Positions 38,777 through 51,785 of a stretch of 64,000 bases of DNA are shown one piece after another. The position numbers were made by a program, and so were the translations under genes. This DNA is from Octopus sinensis (lineage: Eukaryota). The stretch lies in contig NC_043000.1 in NCBI RefSeq assembly GCF_006345805.1, positions 68,262,001 to 68,326,000 of the forward strand, read 5' to 3'. The first letter of the stretch is position 1; each line of letters starts with the position of its first letter. Under the pieces are notes generated by a model. The model did not search any database. It was not told the origin of the DNA and worked only from the letters and a program-made list of their open reading frames with translations.

Positions 38777-40212
38777 AAGGATTTACATGAGCTGCCATTG
38801 AGCCAAATATATGTGCAGTTGCCCAAAATGAAGTAATAACTTCAGACCATTGCTCTAGTAACAAGAAAAACAGCAATCATTTGTTCATATGAACAACAAA
38901 CGAAAGACATGTCAGAAATATGATGTTGCCTGATAGTGATGCAAGGGTAAAGGGGGAATAATTCCTGCAGCAAATATGAAATGAAAAATGTATTATTTTG
39001 GACCTAAAAAATTGGGAGCAAGTGAGCTGATTAAGAGTTACTAAATATTTGCAAGTAATATATTAATTTACCCACTTCTGTACATGTTGCATAATAGTTT
39101 CTTTCATTTGATATAAGAGTGGGCTGGCTGCATTGAACAGCACGCTGTGGGGGTGTATTATAAACCAGGAAGGTCTGCTATGGAATAGTAATTCTTTAAA
39201 GGAAATATTTGGGTTCTCAACCTTTAGAATCTGTGGCAGGAACTAATTGTTTAAAGATGTGCTATCTTATTGTGATAAGTTGTTTTGGTTTGCTAACTGT
39301 GTCACTAATTCTAGTAGCAATCCATCAGTAGCTTTTAGCAACTTCATGGTTCTATGAGGAAACCTGGTTCCTCTACTAAAACTCACTTTGTAAATGGACA
39401 TGTATATGAGTGCAGTCATTCTTTGAATGGCTGACCTTTCAATCAAACCAACTCAAAGCCTCTTTGTTCCATTCTAAAGTTTTATATGACAGTATCATAC
39501 AGTAGTAATACTGTTGTTTTTCTTCTTTCATTGTTACTGAATATCATTGTGCCTACATTATCACATTTTATATAGTAAAGTATTGATTCAACATTATCAT
39601 TTGTTTTACTATCCTAAATACCTAAACATTTCATTCTTTTCAGTTTCCTACATTTGGAAACTTGTTCAACATTTTTTCCTGCCACATTTATCTTTAATAA
39701 TTCACTCTTGTCTTTCCTTTAATAATTTTCATTTTATTCATTTATTTTTTTAGAGAACCAAATTCCATTACAAAAATAATAAACAAAATAAAAAAATAAT
39801 AAAATCCCTACCCTGTAATATTAATACTTAGTCATAGAAAAAGTATTTTTAGACGTTCTTTCACTTTTACTTTCTTTTATGTTGGCTATCTGAAGGTTGG
39901 AAAATGAAATTGTGAAATATGTTATGTCTACCAGATGGAAACAGGGTTGCAGTTTTTGAAATATACTTTTATTTCTTTATTCTTTTTTCTATGCTAACGT
40001 ATGAGGTATGATTTAACATATTTAAGTATTTGTGCAACTGTCCAAAGTAAGTGTTTTATAATTAGTTGCTCTTCCTAATACTAATCATGGAGGGGAAGTG
40101 GGTGGTACTTCTAACCAGTGAAAGTAGTGATGAGAGACAGTAGATAAAAACTGTAACAACAAGAACAATAATAAATTTCAATTATTTGAATTATAGTTTT
40201 TAAGCCTCTCAC

Positions 40213-40357
40213 TGTGGAACTCTAAACACATGTGAATACATCCTGTTTCTCTCTTCATAGAGAGAAAAATAAAGAAAATTGCAATGACATATTTTGCAGT
40301 TTGTTGACCATTCTTCAGAGGACAAGTACCCTCTCATTCTTCTGTTTTCAAAGAAAG
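40213..40357 (-). CDS. Candidate internal exon of an unidentified host gene
   Basis: ttttctatcAG acceptor and GTgaga donor, 145 bp. It is open in the phase set by the 40610-40735 exon (FFENRRMRGYLSSEEWSTNCKICHCNFLYFSLYEERNRMYSHVFRVP). Confidence 0.3.
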
Positions 40358-40609
40358 CTGATAGAAAATTATTTAAATCAGTCTCAAAGTAGAACATAAG
40401 TATTGTAGTTAGACTAATTTGAATGTTGCAGGTAACAAAAAAACCTAAGATAAACTACACTCATTAGGCCTTTTGTTATGGAATCGCTGTGTTTTGTTGA
40501 AGATTTTCGAGACAGGCATCAAGCCCATCATCTCCATTCCTTGAGACTTGAACAATTCTGAAAGGTATGCTGAAAATCTGTATGCACAGATTTGGAAATG
40601 AATACTCAC

Positions 40610-40735
40610 ATTCTCTTTTGTTCATCAAAGACTGCAGTATTGTGGGATCAGTTGCTATGTCATGCCTTTTCCATCCAGGCTCATAGGACATCTTTAGTGT
40701 CTTTGTGCTGGTAAACACAGCCTTCCAGTTTTGCA
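40610..40735 (-). CDS. Candidate internal exon of an unidentified host gene
   Basis: ttaattttttAG acceptor and a perfect GTGAGT donor, 126 bp, phase 1/1. Only one frame is open (QNWKAVFTSTKTLKMSYEPGWKRHDIATDPTILQSLMNKRE). Confidence 0.4.
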
Positions 40736-41099
40736 CTAAAAAATTAACCAAGAGCTTTTCTCAACACTATCACTTTAACTGCAAAGTCCTTTCTAACAAC
40801 CTCTTATAACTTAGCTATTTATCTACCCACTTCTATCTCATGCTTTAGACTGCTAATTTCTTGCTACACCTTACTGTTTCTTTTCTAATTTTTATTTACA
40901 ACTCAACAACAATCTTTTGTTTATAATTGTTCCCACCAATTTCTCTTGACCATATCTCTAATCTGCTTCATCTTCCAGTAATTGGGTTTCCTTTTATGTG
41001 CACCCTATAGATTGACTGCATGGGTCACAAATCAACTACATGAAACCATTACCTTCATAACAATACAAGCACAACTTGAATGACCCTCTGTGATATGCT

Positions 41100-41610
41100 C
41101 ACGACTATACTGGAACAGTTGAATAATCTAATGGAAATGTATCAGAGAATTGAAACCATCTGATGAAACTTAAAAGGGTTTTGTAAGCTTTTTTCCAAAG
41201 TATTAGTCTCACCCAATCCCAAAGTGCATCTAAGATGTCATTCCAGTCACCCACTAATACTAATAAGTGAGATGTTTCAAAAAAGATCTCCAGATTCATC
41301 AAGAAGTTTACTCGTCTTGCTCCCATCAAGAGCCACAAGATGAAGTTTCTACTTTGACTGCTACACAAGTCATGGAACACCGACTTACCCCTACAATCCT
41401 GATAGATCGCCCTTATATTGAAACCTAATACGTCCTGGGCCACTGAAAATGTAGGCACTTTGTAGTCTTGCTGGCGAATTGCAGTTGATGAGAAAAGAAT
41501 ATTTACTCAAACATTGGCTTTTCGTTTGGACTCCCAAATGCAACTGAAAGTTGTGCATTGCTTTAAGAATGACGTCCACTAACATCATATGGTACGTGTT
41601 GCTGATAGAT
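41100..41610 (-). mobile_element. Tx1/L1-type APE endonuclease fragment
   Basis: Reads LVLVGDWNDILDA..LLSFIRWFQFSD (APE GDxN motif) in ORF 41105-41458; decayed. Confidence 0.6.
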
Positions 41611-43353
41611 TATGGTTGTAGTCTTCACAAATAGTCTACTCTTTTGTGGTTTATGGAGAAATAATTTTTTCTCCTTTCCCGCTAACGCAGTGTCTTTTCG
41701 TTTTTTCTTGTTTTAGATGCCTTATCAGCTCTGTGTTGTCCTTGGCGAGGTGGTCGATGTTACCTCATTTGTAACACATTCGTCTCCACAACTATTTGAT
41801 GCCGAAACTTCAAATAAATTGTGCTAAATTTGTTGTCATTGAGAGATTTTTCGATCTGCATATTGGCTGATATTTGTTTCACAGTAGCCATGACAGAGTA
41901 CCATTTTTAAGGGTTAAGTCCGTAGCATGAACCTGAGTATTTTATTTCGTCAGATGCCAAGTGTAAAATAGATATTGGTGTCGTGGAAAATAACTTGGTT
42001 TGACATAAATACTACGGAGTAATTACTTTTAATGCACCAATTTTCGTTCATCCTAAATTAATATAATCCATGTGACCCATGTATAATAGCCATGCTTTTC
42101 ATGATAGATTTGCTTTCTATCAGGTTTGGCATTAGCCAAACAACAACAACAAAGAAATAATACACCATACATTCTGCCAATTTCCAATGCACTGAATATA
42201 TTCACAGTCATATCTACATTAAACATCGCTAGGTAGAATCAGAACACTGAAGACTATGAGAATCTGACACTTTGATTATAACTAATGCTGCTAGAATATG
42301 ATGAATGTTGAAGGCAATGATTATGATATTGGAAAATTTTGTGAGGGTAACTTCTGCACACAGAACAGTTAAGTGGTGGTTAACATACTTATTATCAATT
42401 ATGCCTCATATACAGCACATTTATAAATTGCTAACCTTCAATGTACACTTGACCATCTATTTTATGAACTCATCTGAGGTATAATTGTAATATAATTCTC
42501 TGGTGATGAAATTTTCAACACACCATTTCAATAGTAACAACGGAGTTAAACTGTTAATGCAATGAATTTAATTGATTTGCGCTATACTCATTGCGAGGAG
42601 CAAAAATTATAAACACTATGATTAATTTTTAATAAGGCAAGAGAAGCAAATTCGAAAATTAAAGTAAGAAAATTTAATTAGAAATATGGTTGTCTTTGGA
42701 GGGTCATAATAAACGTATACACTGGTTCAAAATCAACTCTCAGTTAAATATCTAACCAACTAACTAATCGGTTGTTTATTTGTCAAAGTCGTTTCGTCGC
42801 TATTCGTGACCTCATCAATAACATGTTTACACTCTTCAAGGTCTGTCTCGAGTCTTTGATTGTTTAGCCAACACATTAAACAAACAACCGATCATTTAGC
42901 TAGTTACATATTTAACCGATTTACTAACAGTAAAGAAGTGATATTGAACTAGTGCATGTGTTTAGTATTATTGGAGTAATGACCCTGCCAAGACACTGCA
43001 AAATTTGTTTCAATACATGAATTCGCATCAAGAATCTTGCAACCCAAATACAAAAATAAGTAATTACAAGTAGAATGCTGTTAATTTATGTCATACACCG
43101 TGGTGAGCTAATATTTTAATATTCACGCTTGTGGATGAATGCATACGCTGTAAACATACCAAAAAGAAGATATTGTACCTGTATATGATTCTGTTTATGA
43201 AGATTTAAACAACTGTACTCTGATACACGCAACAGAAACATTCGTGCACACACTTAACAAATATGTATTTATATATATATTGTTTCTAGAAAGCATAAAT
43301 CCGAAAGAAGCACACTCTAAGATGTAGAGCAGTATATATTAAAAATGGGGAAA

Positions 43354-43440
43354 GCCGGTTTATGGGATTACCTTAGTTTTCCCGTCAATACAGGGTTTAG
43401 CTTTATAGCGTATCGTCAGATCCCCAAAACCTGTTCGCCC
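43354..43440 (-). ncRNA. Type I hammerhead, partly decayed (3' pseudo-LTR, sense to the ORF)
   Basis: GGGAU CUGACGA ...stem II with mismatches... GAAAA CUAAG GUA AUCCC. The C15.2 position reads A. Confidence 0.55.
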
Positions 43441-43616
43441 ATGACCTCTTAAAAATATGGAGGAGGAAATGCCTCACTACTCAAAGGTAACAATTGGGGA
43501 TTATCTCCCTTTTTATTAGCTATCGACTTCCGGCTGTGCCGCCATCTTGTGGGCTTCAAAAGGCTAGTAGGAACCTCTTGATATGTAAACATGGCCCGAA
43601 AATCTCCGTTCTGGAG

Positions 43617-46097
43617 TTAAGGATGTTCTCTGGTTCGAGCGAGTCTTAGGATTCTCGCGTGTCCATCTATGCATAACTTGCAACGCTTCGTCCCGTTGAT
43701 GTAGGGTTTTGGGTTCTCGAGGATTTTCCATGAGATCGAGTATGGAATCCCATCGTCTTTTAGATGCCAGACGTGGCTGGCCGGTGATATTACGTACCTC
43801 CTTTCCGCAACTCTGAAGGAGGATCTGTGGATGGAGAGATGTTGCTTAAAAGAGTTCATGGAGTATCCACTGTGTCTCCGTGGGCGAGTGTTGTCGGTGC
43901 TGTACCTGCGGGTATTGCCTTTGTTGTTGCTGCTGCTGCCGCTGACATTGTTGTTGTTGGAGCTATGACTGCTGGTGTTGGCGTCGCTGGAGGTGGTGGT
44001 AGCGTCGGTAATGGTATCGCCACTGCCTGTTATGGTGAAGGCACTGTTGTTGTTATTATTGTGGTCCTCGTCACGGATGGGAAAGTTGCCATTGCTACTA
44101 CAGGTGTCATTAGCTGTAGCTCTGCTGGTGTTTCTGCTAGGGCCATTGTCGCTGCTGCTGCTGTTATTGCCGTTAGCTGGCGATGGCACTGGACCTGTTG
44201 CTATTGTTATAGGGGTTGTCAGGCCTACTACTGTGGACGTTTGGGAAGCTGTTGGTAATGCTGGTGTTGATGACGATGCTGCTGTTGTTAGTGTTGTTGC
44301 CGTCAGGGTAATTGTCAATGCTGTTGCTGGTGCTGTTATTACTATTGTTGCTAATGCTATTAACTGTGGCAAAGGTAGCGGTGTTGCTGGTTCTGTTCTC
44401 TTGTCTACGGCTGCTACTGCTTCTGCCGGTGGTATTGCCAGGGTTTGCTAGTACTTCGGCTTGATAGACGACCCCTTTGGTTTCGCAGTGGCCTTCCACC
44501 GGGCATCTGTTGCCGTCCCTGCATGAACATCCTGCCTCTTCCTGTGGCTTAGCGGCACTAATTAGGATGCTCTTAATATTGGGGGCACAGCTAAACGAGA
44601 CTCTGACGTTGTGTCTGTTGAAAATGGGCCCGTACCTATGGGAGCTAGTGATGAAAGAAGGAGGTGGTGGGGACCAAGTGGTATTTCTGCGGCGCTTCCT
44701 TCTGTGGTTGTTGGGTACCAGCATGTAGGAAATGCGGTCTCTAAATCCGCTGGCAGTTAGGGCCTCGTTATAGTAGGGGGCCGCTGCGTCGGAAATCTCT
44801 TGGTTGGAAGAAAGGTTCGTGATCTTACTAACACCCTTTACCGGGTTTTTGAACATGATGGGTGGGTGGAAGGAGGCTGTGTTGATGTTCGTTAGCCTTT
44901 CATTTGGTTTGTATTGGAGCCCAAGTCGAGCGTGACGTCTAAGAAATCCGCGGTTGTGATGTTTGTTCCTATGGTGATCTTCAATCCCATGGAGGCCAGC
45001 GTGCTGATTAGATGTTTTCTAAGCCTGTCTAGTGTATTTCTGCTTACTCCCATAGAGATAGCCAGGGCATCATCTCTGTAGAGGCCAAAGGGGACAGTGG
45101 AGAACTTTTTCCTAAGGGTATCGAGGATATACAACTCGATGAGGCCACATACGTCAGCGCTGTCGTAGGCTCCCATGACTACGTCAAACGAGCCCATTGG
45201 GGTCGGACTGCTTGACCCATGCTGAACCTTTGTTGAATAGCACTGTCTTTCTGGCATACATAATAACTTCTATATCTCTGTCGCTAATGTTAGCGAAAGA
45301 AAGCGCCTTGGCCAGTAATTCTTTTGATGTAGACGGGTAAAAGTAGACTATATCTAACTGAGTGAACCTTGCTTTGCCTCTTCCTTTGTTGGTATTAAAC
45401 CATGCGGTCACTTCGTTGGTGTTGCACCACAGGGAAATGTTGGTGGCACTCCTTATGTCGTTATTGATAACTCTCAATATGTGCTTGCCCGCCAGACCGA
45501 TCTCGGATTTGGCCGGATTGATCATTTAGGGTTTGAGGTAAAGTTCGGTTTATGATCTTTTAAGGAAATGAAGGTGTTTCTTTTAGCTAGGATCTCTACC
45601 CTATCCGTTATCACTAGTTCGTTAGCTAATTTTTTGGCTTCACTGTTGATGTTGCTATATGTGTGTAGAGAAACGCGTCTATAATTTTGTGTGATATTAT
45701 TTCCTAGTAGTCTATCGTAATCTAAGGTGTCTACCCTATATAAGTTGTTCGTCTTATCAGAGAAGATGAGGGACCTATCTGAGTTTTTAACAATCTAATG
45801 TCGGCCCGAAGCATGTGTTGGAAGGAGGAAGAGGGCTTACAGAATTTCAGTTTGGAAATGAGGCCCAGTAGGTCCGCCTCGAAGGGTTTTGAGGTCCTTG
45901 ATTTTGGATGGGTGTTTACTCGATCTAATTCCAAAGTTCTTGCTCTCCGGAGATGGTGAGGCTAAGTCGTGGTAGAATGTTTTCCATCTCATACTCCTAA
46001 TCACGTCCATTATCTTTTCCAGCAGCTTACGAGTGCACAGCTCGTTGGATGGCGTGAGTATATTTTTAGTGGAGTAGCCGAGGTCAAACCATTCCAT
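43617..46097 (-). pseudogene. PLE polyprotein (RT, CxC linker, GIY-YIG), frameshifted
   Basis: Pieces lie in ORFs 45837-46097, 45731-45934, 45184-45525, 44892-45257, 44173-44856 and 43617-44372. Confidence 0.88.
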
Positions 46098-46249
46098 ATT
46101 TATGAGAGAATCGTGGATTCCGTAAAAATGTACAAGCGCAGCCTACTGATTAGTTATTTAATATAAACCACGTGGTCTCTGTAAAACACTCTGGCCAGGG
46201 AGCGAAAAGAATCATTGGCATTCCTCTTCCATATTTTTAAGAGGCCACA

Positions 46250-46336
46250 GGCCAACAGGTTTTGGGGATCTGATGATACGCCATAAAGCTAAACCCTTTA
46301 TGGACGGGAAACCTAAAGTAATCCCATAAACCGGCC
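46250..46336 (+). ncRNA. Type I hammerhead ribozyme (inverted 5' arm)
   Basis: GGGAU CUGAUGA UACG-CCAUAAAG-CUAAACC-CUUUAUGG-ACGG GAAAC-CUAAA-GUA AUCCC. Stem I extends via GGUUU/AAACC and GGCC/GGCC around an AACA bulge. Confidence 0.8.
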
Positions 46337-46343
46337 TTCCCCA

Positions 46344-46397
<54 letters not shown>

Positions 46398-46551
46398 TTA
46401 CAGTGCCAAGTATTACAGCCATTTTTCTGAATGAATATAACATATTAAGAAACAAACAGTCCAGTATGGATAAAACTAATTGAAGAAAAATACATTGGAA
46501 AATAAATGATAATAAATATATAGCATTCGTTTGAATAGTCATGTATATATA

Positions 46552-46598
<47 letters not shown>

Positions 46599-46601
<3 letters not shown>

Positions 46602-46966
46602 GAGCAAAACGCTCCCCGTTCAATGGACGGTGCTGAGTTGTCAAACACTTAAACCAAATTTTCTCAAAACGACTTGTCCGACCGTCCCATGGGCCTCCCC
46701 TTTGAGAAACACTGATTTAACCTAAATTTGAGACACCAGCAAAAGAAGAAATAAAGATAGACTTTTTTCTATTCCAAAGAAAAGTGCATGTTCCCACGGC
46801 TTTATCGATCGCATTCTCACCTGGAATCGATTTTTGTAATTTTTTCAAATTTATACACGCCCTGATACCATCGGTATCTACATATCAAATTTGAGCGCAG
46901 TCGGATGGAGGATGCCCGAGATCCTAGAAGACACACAGACAGACAGAACGGATTTTATATAATAGA
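46599..46966 (-). mobile_element. Helitron-type non-autonomous element
   Basis: Minus strand starts a|TCtattatataaaatccgttctgtctgtctg and ends with the hairpin ccgt-ccattga-acgg plus ctcgt (CTAG-like). Same architecture as 51391-51785. Confidence 0.6.
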
Positions 46967-47435
46967 TTATGGCGTATTACATCTGAGCAGATCATCGAGC
47001 CAAACACTTGTTAGTCATACCATATTATCATATTAGATCTATGAAAAAGTCAATATCCGGGCATTTAACGAAGTAGCAGTTTGAACCAATTGACCTATTT
47101 ACTTCTTTATTGACCTATTGTTCCCATTGTAAACGTTGCAAGCTTTAATTTTTCTTGTAATATAGTTGAGATTTCATTCCGGATCAAACCTTTGTAATAA
47201 GTTAAGTTTACCGTCCAAAGTAATCCTCTCTGAATCCGCTTATACTGTTGCTTTGACTTCCACTTGATGCCTCGAATAAGGGTAAAGATCATGCATTATA
47301 TATACTGTATCTGTTGCACTATACTCACGGAATGTCCGTGGAAATTAGATCCAATAGTAGCGACAATAGACAAGATACATACATGTTTGTATATATGTGC
47401 GTGTGTGTATGTGTGTGTGTGTATGTGTGTGTGTA

Positions 47436-47594
47436 CAGGACCGGCTCTAGGATTGCTGGCGCCCCGTGCAAGTTGAACTTCGGCGTGTACACGCTGGCGG
47501 TCGTGGAAATGTCCTTGTCTTTGTCATCTCTCCTTGGCGCCCTAATACATGGCACTCAGGGCGACTTCCCGAATTGCTGTTACCTTGAGCCTGC

Positions 47595-47598
<4 letters not shown>
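47436..47598. mobile_element. MITE with CAGG(G/A)CCGGCTC-type TIRs (hAT-like), inserted in (TG)n
   Basis: caggaccggctctagg ... ccttgagcctgccctg, with 8-bp flanks tgtgtgta / tgtgtgtg. Confidence 0.65.
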
Positions 47599-47633
<35 letters not shown>

Positions 47634-49824
47634 ATATGTATAGATAAATATATAAATACATACACATGCAAACGAAAATAAAAAGTGCTCAATATATAAA
47701 GCATTACATGGCAATCATGTGGGGCCGAGTTCGACACCACTGCGTGCTACTTTCTGAAAGAAATTTCTATCCGAGTCTTGAGTTGACCCAAACTTTTAAA
47801 GTGAAATTGGTAGACATTAACTCAAAGCATCCCTGGCTGTCTTGAACGCACTTTATTTTGTGGCAAACATTGGAATCGAGTCTCCGGTCTGGTGATAACT
47901 CAATATCTAGAAGTCCTGTTTCCTTCTGTATCAAACAACAAATCACGGGTATACCCCACACCCTAAGCCTCGGAGAGCCGGTATAAAGTTCATGGCACTA
48001 CCCTTCCTCCTCTGACAAAGCCTTATCAAATGACTTCCTTTGTTAATAATTATCTCTCTACATCTGTTATTCCTTCGTTCCTTCCACCACCTCTTTCGTT
48101 TTTCTACTGTACTGTCACGTTATGTTGACAGTATACAACCACTCATTTTTTACTTCGTTTTTGATATAATTTTTCCACTAGAAATTATTTCATAGAAAAA
48201 AATCTTCACTTTGCAGAATTCTTTTATTAGAAGTTTGGTAGAAAATACCACAGAAAATAAGAGTTAATCAAAGAAAATTGTGTTATTATAATTGACGCGG
48301 ACGGGGCAACATCTTATGCTTATGAAAGTTTAAATAATAATAATAACTATAGTATGCATTATATTGTCTTGATTCTGTATAGCAAATATAAAATATATTG
48401 TAATTTATTCTCTATTTCAGCTTCAGTGGCTGCTAAAATAAATGGACTAGCATGTTTACCAGTAAGAAGCACATTCATGTAGAAATCTATGTGAATAGAA
48501 TTATAAACATGAAAAGTAAACAATAATGTTTGTTTCTGACAATATTGAAAAGAAATTCGTCTTTGCTTAGCTAATTTCTCCACAACCTTTTAATTACACA
48601 TTAAGCAGAAATTCCTTATTTTTATTGCTGAGATGGTTGCAGGAGGGGGTAAGGCCTACTAGGTGAAAAGTTTTAGAACTCATGAGTGCATTTATCCTCT
48701 GACTGACAGCTGTTGTCTTTCCAAATACAGTGTGTTTAGTTTGTAAACAGAAGGAAAAGCAATCTATTAAAACATCCCACCCATTCAACCACACTCTCTA
48801 CCACAGTTCGCCGCCATCATTACCATTACCATCATCATCACCATCACCACTACCACCGCTCTACCGCTGCTATCTTCGGCATCAATACCATCACCCTACC
48901 AGTACTAATACCACCACCATCATCTCTACCACCAACATTATTAGTATTACAAGTACTATATATATATATATATATAGTACCACCACTATTACCAAGTTCA
49001 TCATCACTATCACTACCATCACAACCGCTAGCCATTCCTCACTGCCGCCACAGCCACCGCCACCACTACCACCATCATCATCATCATCTATACTATCCGC
49101 CCCCAATCACTCCCTCTTCCCTGTCGCTGCCATCTCCACTACAACACTATTTTCCTCCTCACTATAACAGAAAGTTAAACAAAGACAGACATAACGAACA
49201 GTAACAAATATACAAACTTGACTGGGGGTGGGCTGAATGTGTGTGTGTGTGGTGGAAATGACGATGATGTTCTTACTGTTAAAAGTTGTGGTGGTAGGTT
49301 ATGCCAGTGTTGTTATTTAGCTCGAAGTCAGTTCCGATCGAACAGTGTTCTGTGATGAAACAGTATCCAGTCATTATTATCCTACCCCAACGTTTTTTTT
49401 TGTTTTTTCTGTCAGGCACAATTTACCATGGACTGCACTATACAATGTGCTGTACAACTTCTAAAAAGCAGAAAGGAGGCTGTGATATGATGAAGATTTG
49501 ATTGCTGTTTCTAACAGGTCTAGTGCGGATGTTGTTCATGATGATGTTGATGTCGATGATAATAATAAAAATGTTTTGTTGAGCATGTAGTGAAAATAAC
49601 GATTGAGATGATGGTGGAGGTATTGTCGATGGTGAAAGCCGTAATGATGATGTTGACGATGATGTTACTCATTGTTCTTGTTCAGGTCAATCTTGATCAA
49701 GTACATCTATAATCAGGTACTCTCCACCTTAGATTATGCATTCTTTCACCGAGACAGTGGAATCTATGACTTTATCCTCGGTAGGGTTTGAGTTGAAGAA
49801 AACATGTGTGCTGTGTCAGTTGGA

Positions 49825-50020
49825 GGTGGAGGCGTAATGGCCCAGTGGTTAGGACAGCGGACCCCTGTTGTACTCTTTTGCCACAACTTTTTCTCACTCT
49901 CTCTTCCTGTTTCTTGAGTAACGCTGCGATGGACTGGCGTCCCGTCCAGCTGGGGGAACACATACGCCACAGAAACCAGGAAACCGGGCCCATGAGCCTG
50001 GCTAGGCTTGAGAAGGTCTG
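49825..50020 (+). mobile_element. SINE family B, internally deleted
   Basis: ggaggcgtaatggcccagtggttaggacagcggac...gcgatggactggcgtcccgtccag...gaaaccaggaaaccgggccc. Confidence 0.8.
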
Positions 50021-50858
50021 AAAAAAAAATGTCAGTTGGAGTACCTATGAAGTCTTTGACTCTCGATATTGTTGGTAGTTGATGGTGGAGTTAGTGTAAG
50101 AGAAATGTAGATGTAGAGTGAAGGAAATAGGAAATATTGAATGAAATTCACAGAAATTAGGGCAAACGGAAGAAAAATAAACGAAGGAAAACTGAATGAA
50201 GTCATTTCCGCAAATGAAATCGAAGAAGTAGGAACTGAACGATGAATTGTACTTTGATATGAGGAAGATTAGGAGAAAGTCATAAAAAAAGGAAAGTAAA
50301 TTCTTCTTATGAAGACAAGTGAATGAAGGGATGTCCATTGATCAAACTAGATGTGACTTATTGATAGAACTTAGATATGTTTCTAATGTTGATGAAAAAA
50401 CAGAAATTGGTCTAGTTTGATATCTTATCTTTAATATTGAGAAATATCTATATTCCTTTCAACAACATGGATGTTCTTGTTGGCAAACTGACATTATCAG
50501 GATGAAATTTCAATGGCAATATTTTCACTCTCCTCACGAGCACTGCTCCAGCCTTTCCTTCCACCATCACTAAACAAATATTGAAATATATCTGTCAGCA
50601 ACTGCAAAAACAAGGTAAATTTCATCATTCCCCCGTTGGATAGAGTTAAAGGAAGTATGAAGGGTGGGTGTACAAAGGAAGGGCTAAACATTTTAGTACA
50701 AAGTGTTTTCGCTTCTCATTCATAACAGATGTTAATAAATGTTCTTGACAAACAGTTTAACCAGAAGAGATTTCTGTAGTTAGATTGTTAGAAAAGTAAC
50801 TTCGTAACTCCTCATGTTTCCATTTAACAAACAACAACAAAAAAACAAACACTTTATC

Positions 50859-50905
<47 letters not shown>

Positions 50906-51390
50906 TCTCTCACTCTCTCTCCTCTCTTTATTTAGGCTGTTATGTTTCCTACTCCCTGTCGATATCAATTTCTTCCTCTTTCTACCTGACTTACCAACCA
51001 CTTACCAAATCATCTACCTATCTTCTAATAATTCGCTTTCAAAATTTTTGTTTTTGTTGTTATCTTTTCCCCATAACTTTATTATGTTTGTGTTTTCTTG
51101 TTTTTCTCACTAAATACGTTTACCCGTGTTCATTATAGTTTGAAGGGACCCCCCCCCCAAAAAAAACGGAAAAAAGAAAGAATAAACTGGAATTGAAGAA
51201 CAAAAAAGCACACAAATAGATATTTCTTTTCTATTCCTTTAGTTTTTCTTATAGTTTCACAAGAGTTTAAGAGATAATTAATCAAAGTCCTCAGTCGATT
51301 ATCACAGAACAATTACAACTAGATTTTCACCACGGTTTTATTTTATGTAGTCTAGCAATAATCACTGTATTAATCTAAATTTAAAGTTTA

Positions 51391-51785
51391 CTAGCAGTAT
51401 CACCCGGCGTTGCTCGAGTTTGTAAGGGAAATAACTATATAAGCATTTTTAGAGAGTTATAGCAAAAAATAGCAAAAAAATGCATTAAAAATGGAATAAA
51501 AAATGATGGTAATTTTTTTTTAATCGTTGACTCATCGTAGACATTTTTAGAGAGTTACTTCCCTTATATAATAGCGAAAAAATGCATTAAAATGGAAAAA
51601 ATGATCGTAAATTCTTTTTAAAATCGTAGACTCATCGTAGACGCGCGCTAATACCCAGAAGGGCTCGATATGAATCACGACTATAAGATACATGGTTTTG
51701 GTTAAACTGCACCGCAAAATGTGGGAGTAGTTAGGAATCTAAATCGTAGGAGACAGACACACAACTTCACTTTTATATATAAAGA
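51391..51785 (-). mobile_element. Helitron-type non-autonomous element
   Basis: Minus strand has a 5' TC (A|TCtttatatataaaagtgaag), a 3' hairpin ctcgagcaacgccggg and CTAG|T, so it is inserted at an AT dinucleotide. Confidence 0.75.

Larger units (their letters stand above)
43339..46350 (-). mobile_element. Near-full-length Penelope-like element (RT plus C-terminal GIY-YIG) bounded by inverted pseudo-LTR arms, in (TA)n
   Basis: Frameshifted ORF pieces read LGYSTKNI..VIRSMRWK, INPAKSEIG..DIVYFYPS, FDVVMGAYDSADVC..GLYRDD..FLDVTLDL, CSC..CPVEGHC..VVYQAEV and SHVWHLKDDGIPYSISWKIL..CKLC. Inverted arms are at 43339-43473 and 46217-46350. Confidence 0.92.

Noticed and set aside
43827-44728. Plus-strand Val/Ala/Leu-rich ORFs
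   Set aside because: They are antisense shadows of the low-complexity PLE insert.
50448-50569. Possible terminal exon with an FHPD (J-domain-like) motif on the minus strand
   Set aside because: It is a four-residue resemblance only, with no J-domain helices and no linked exons.
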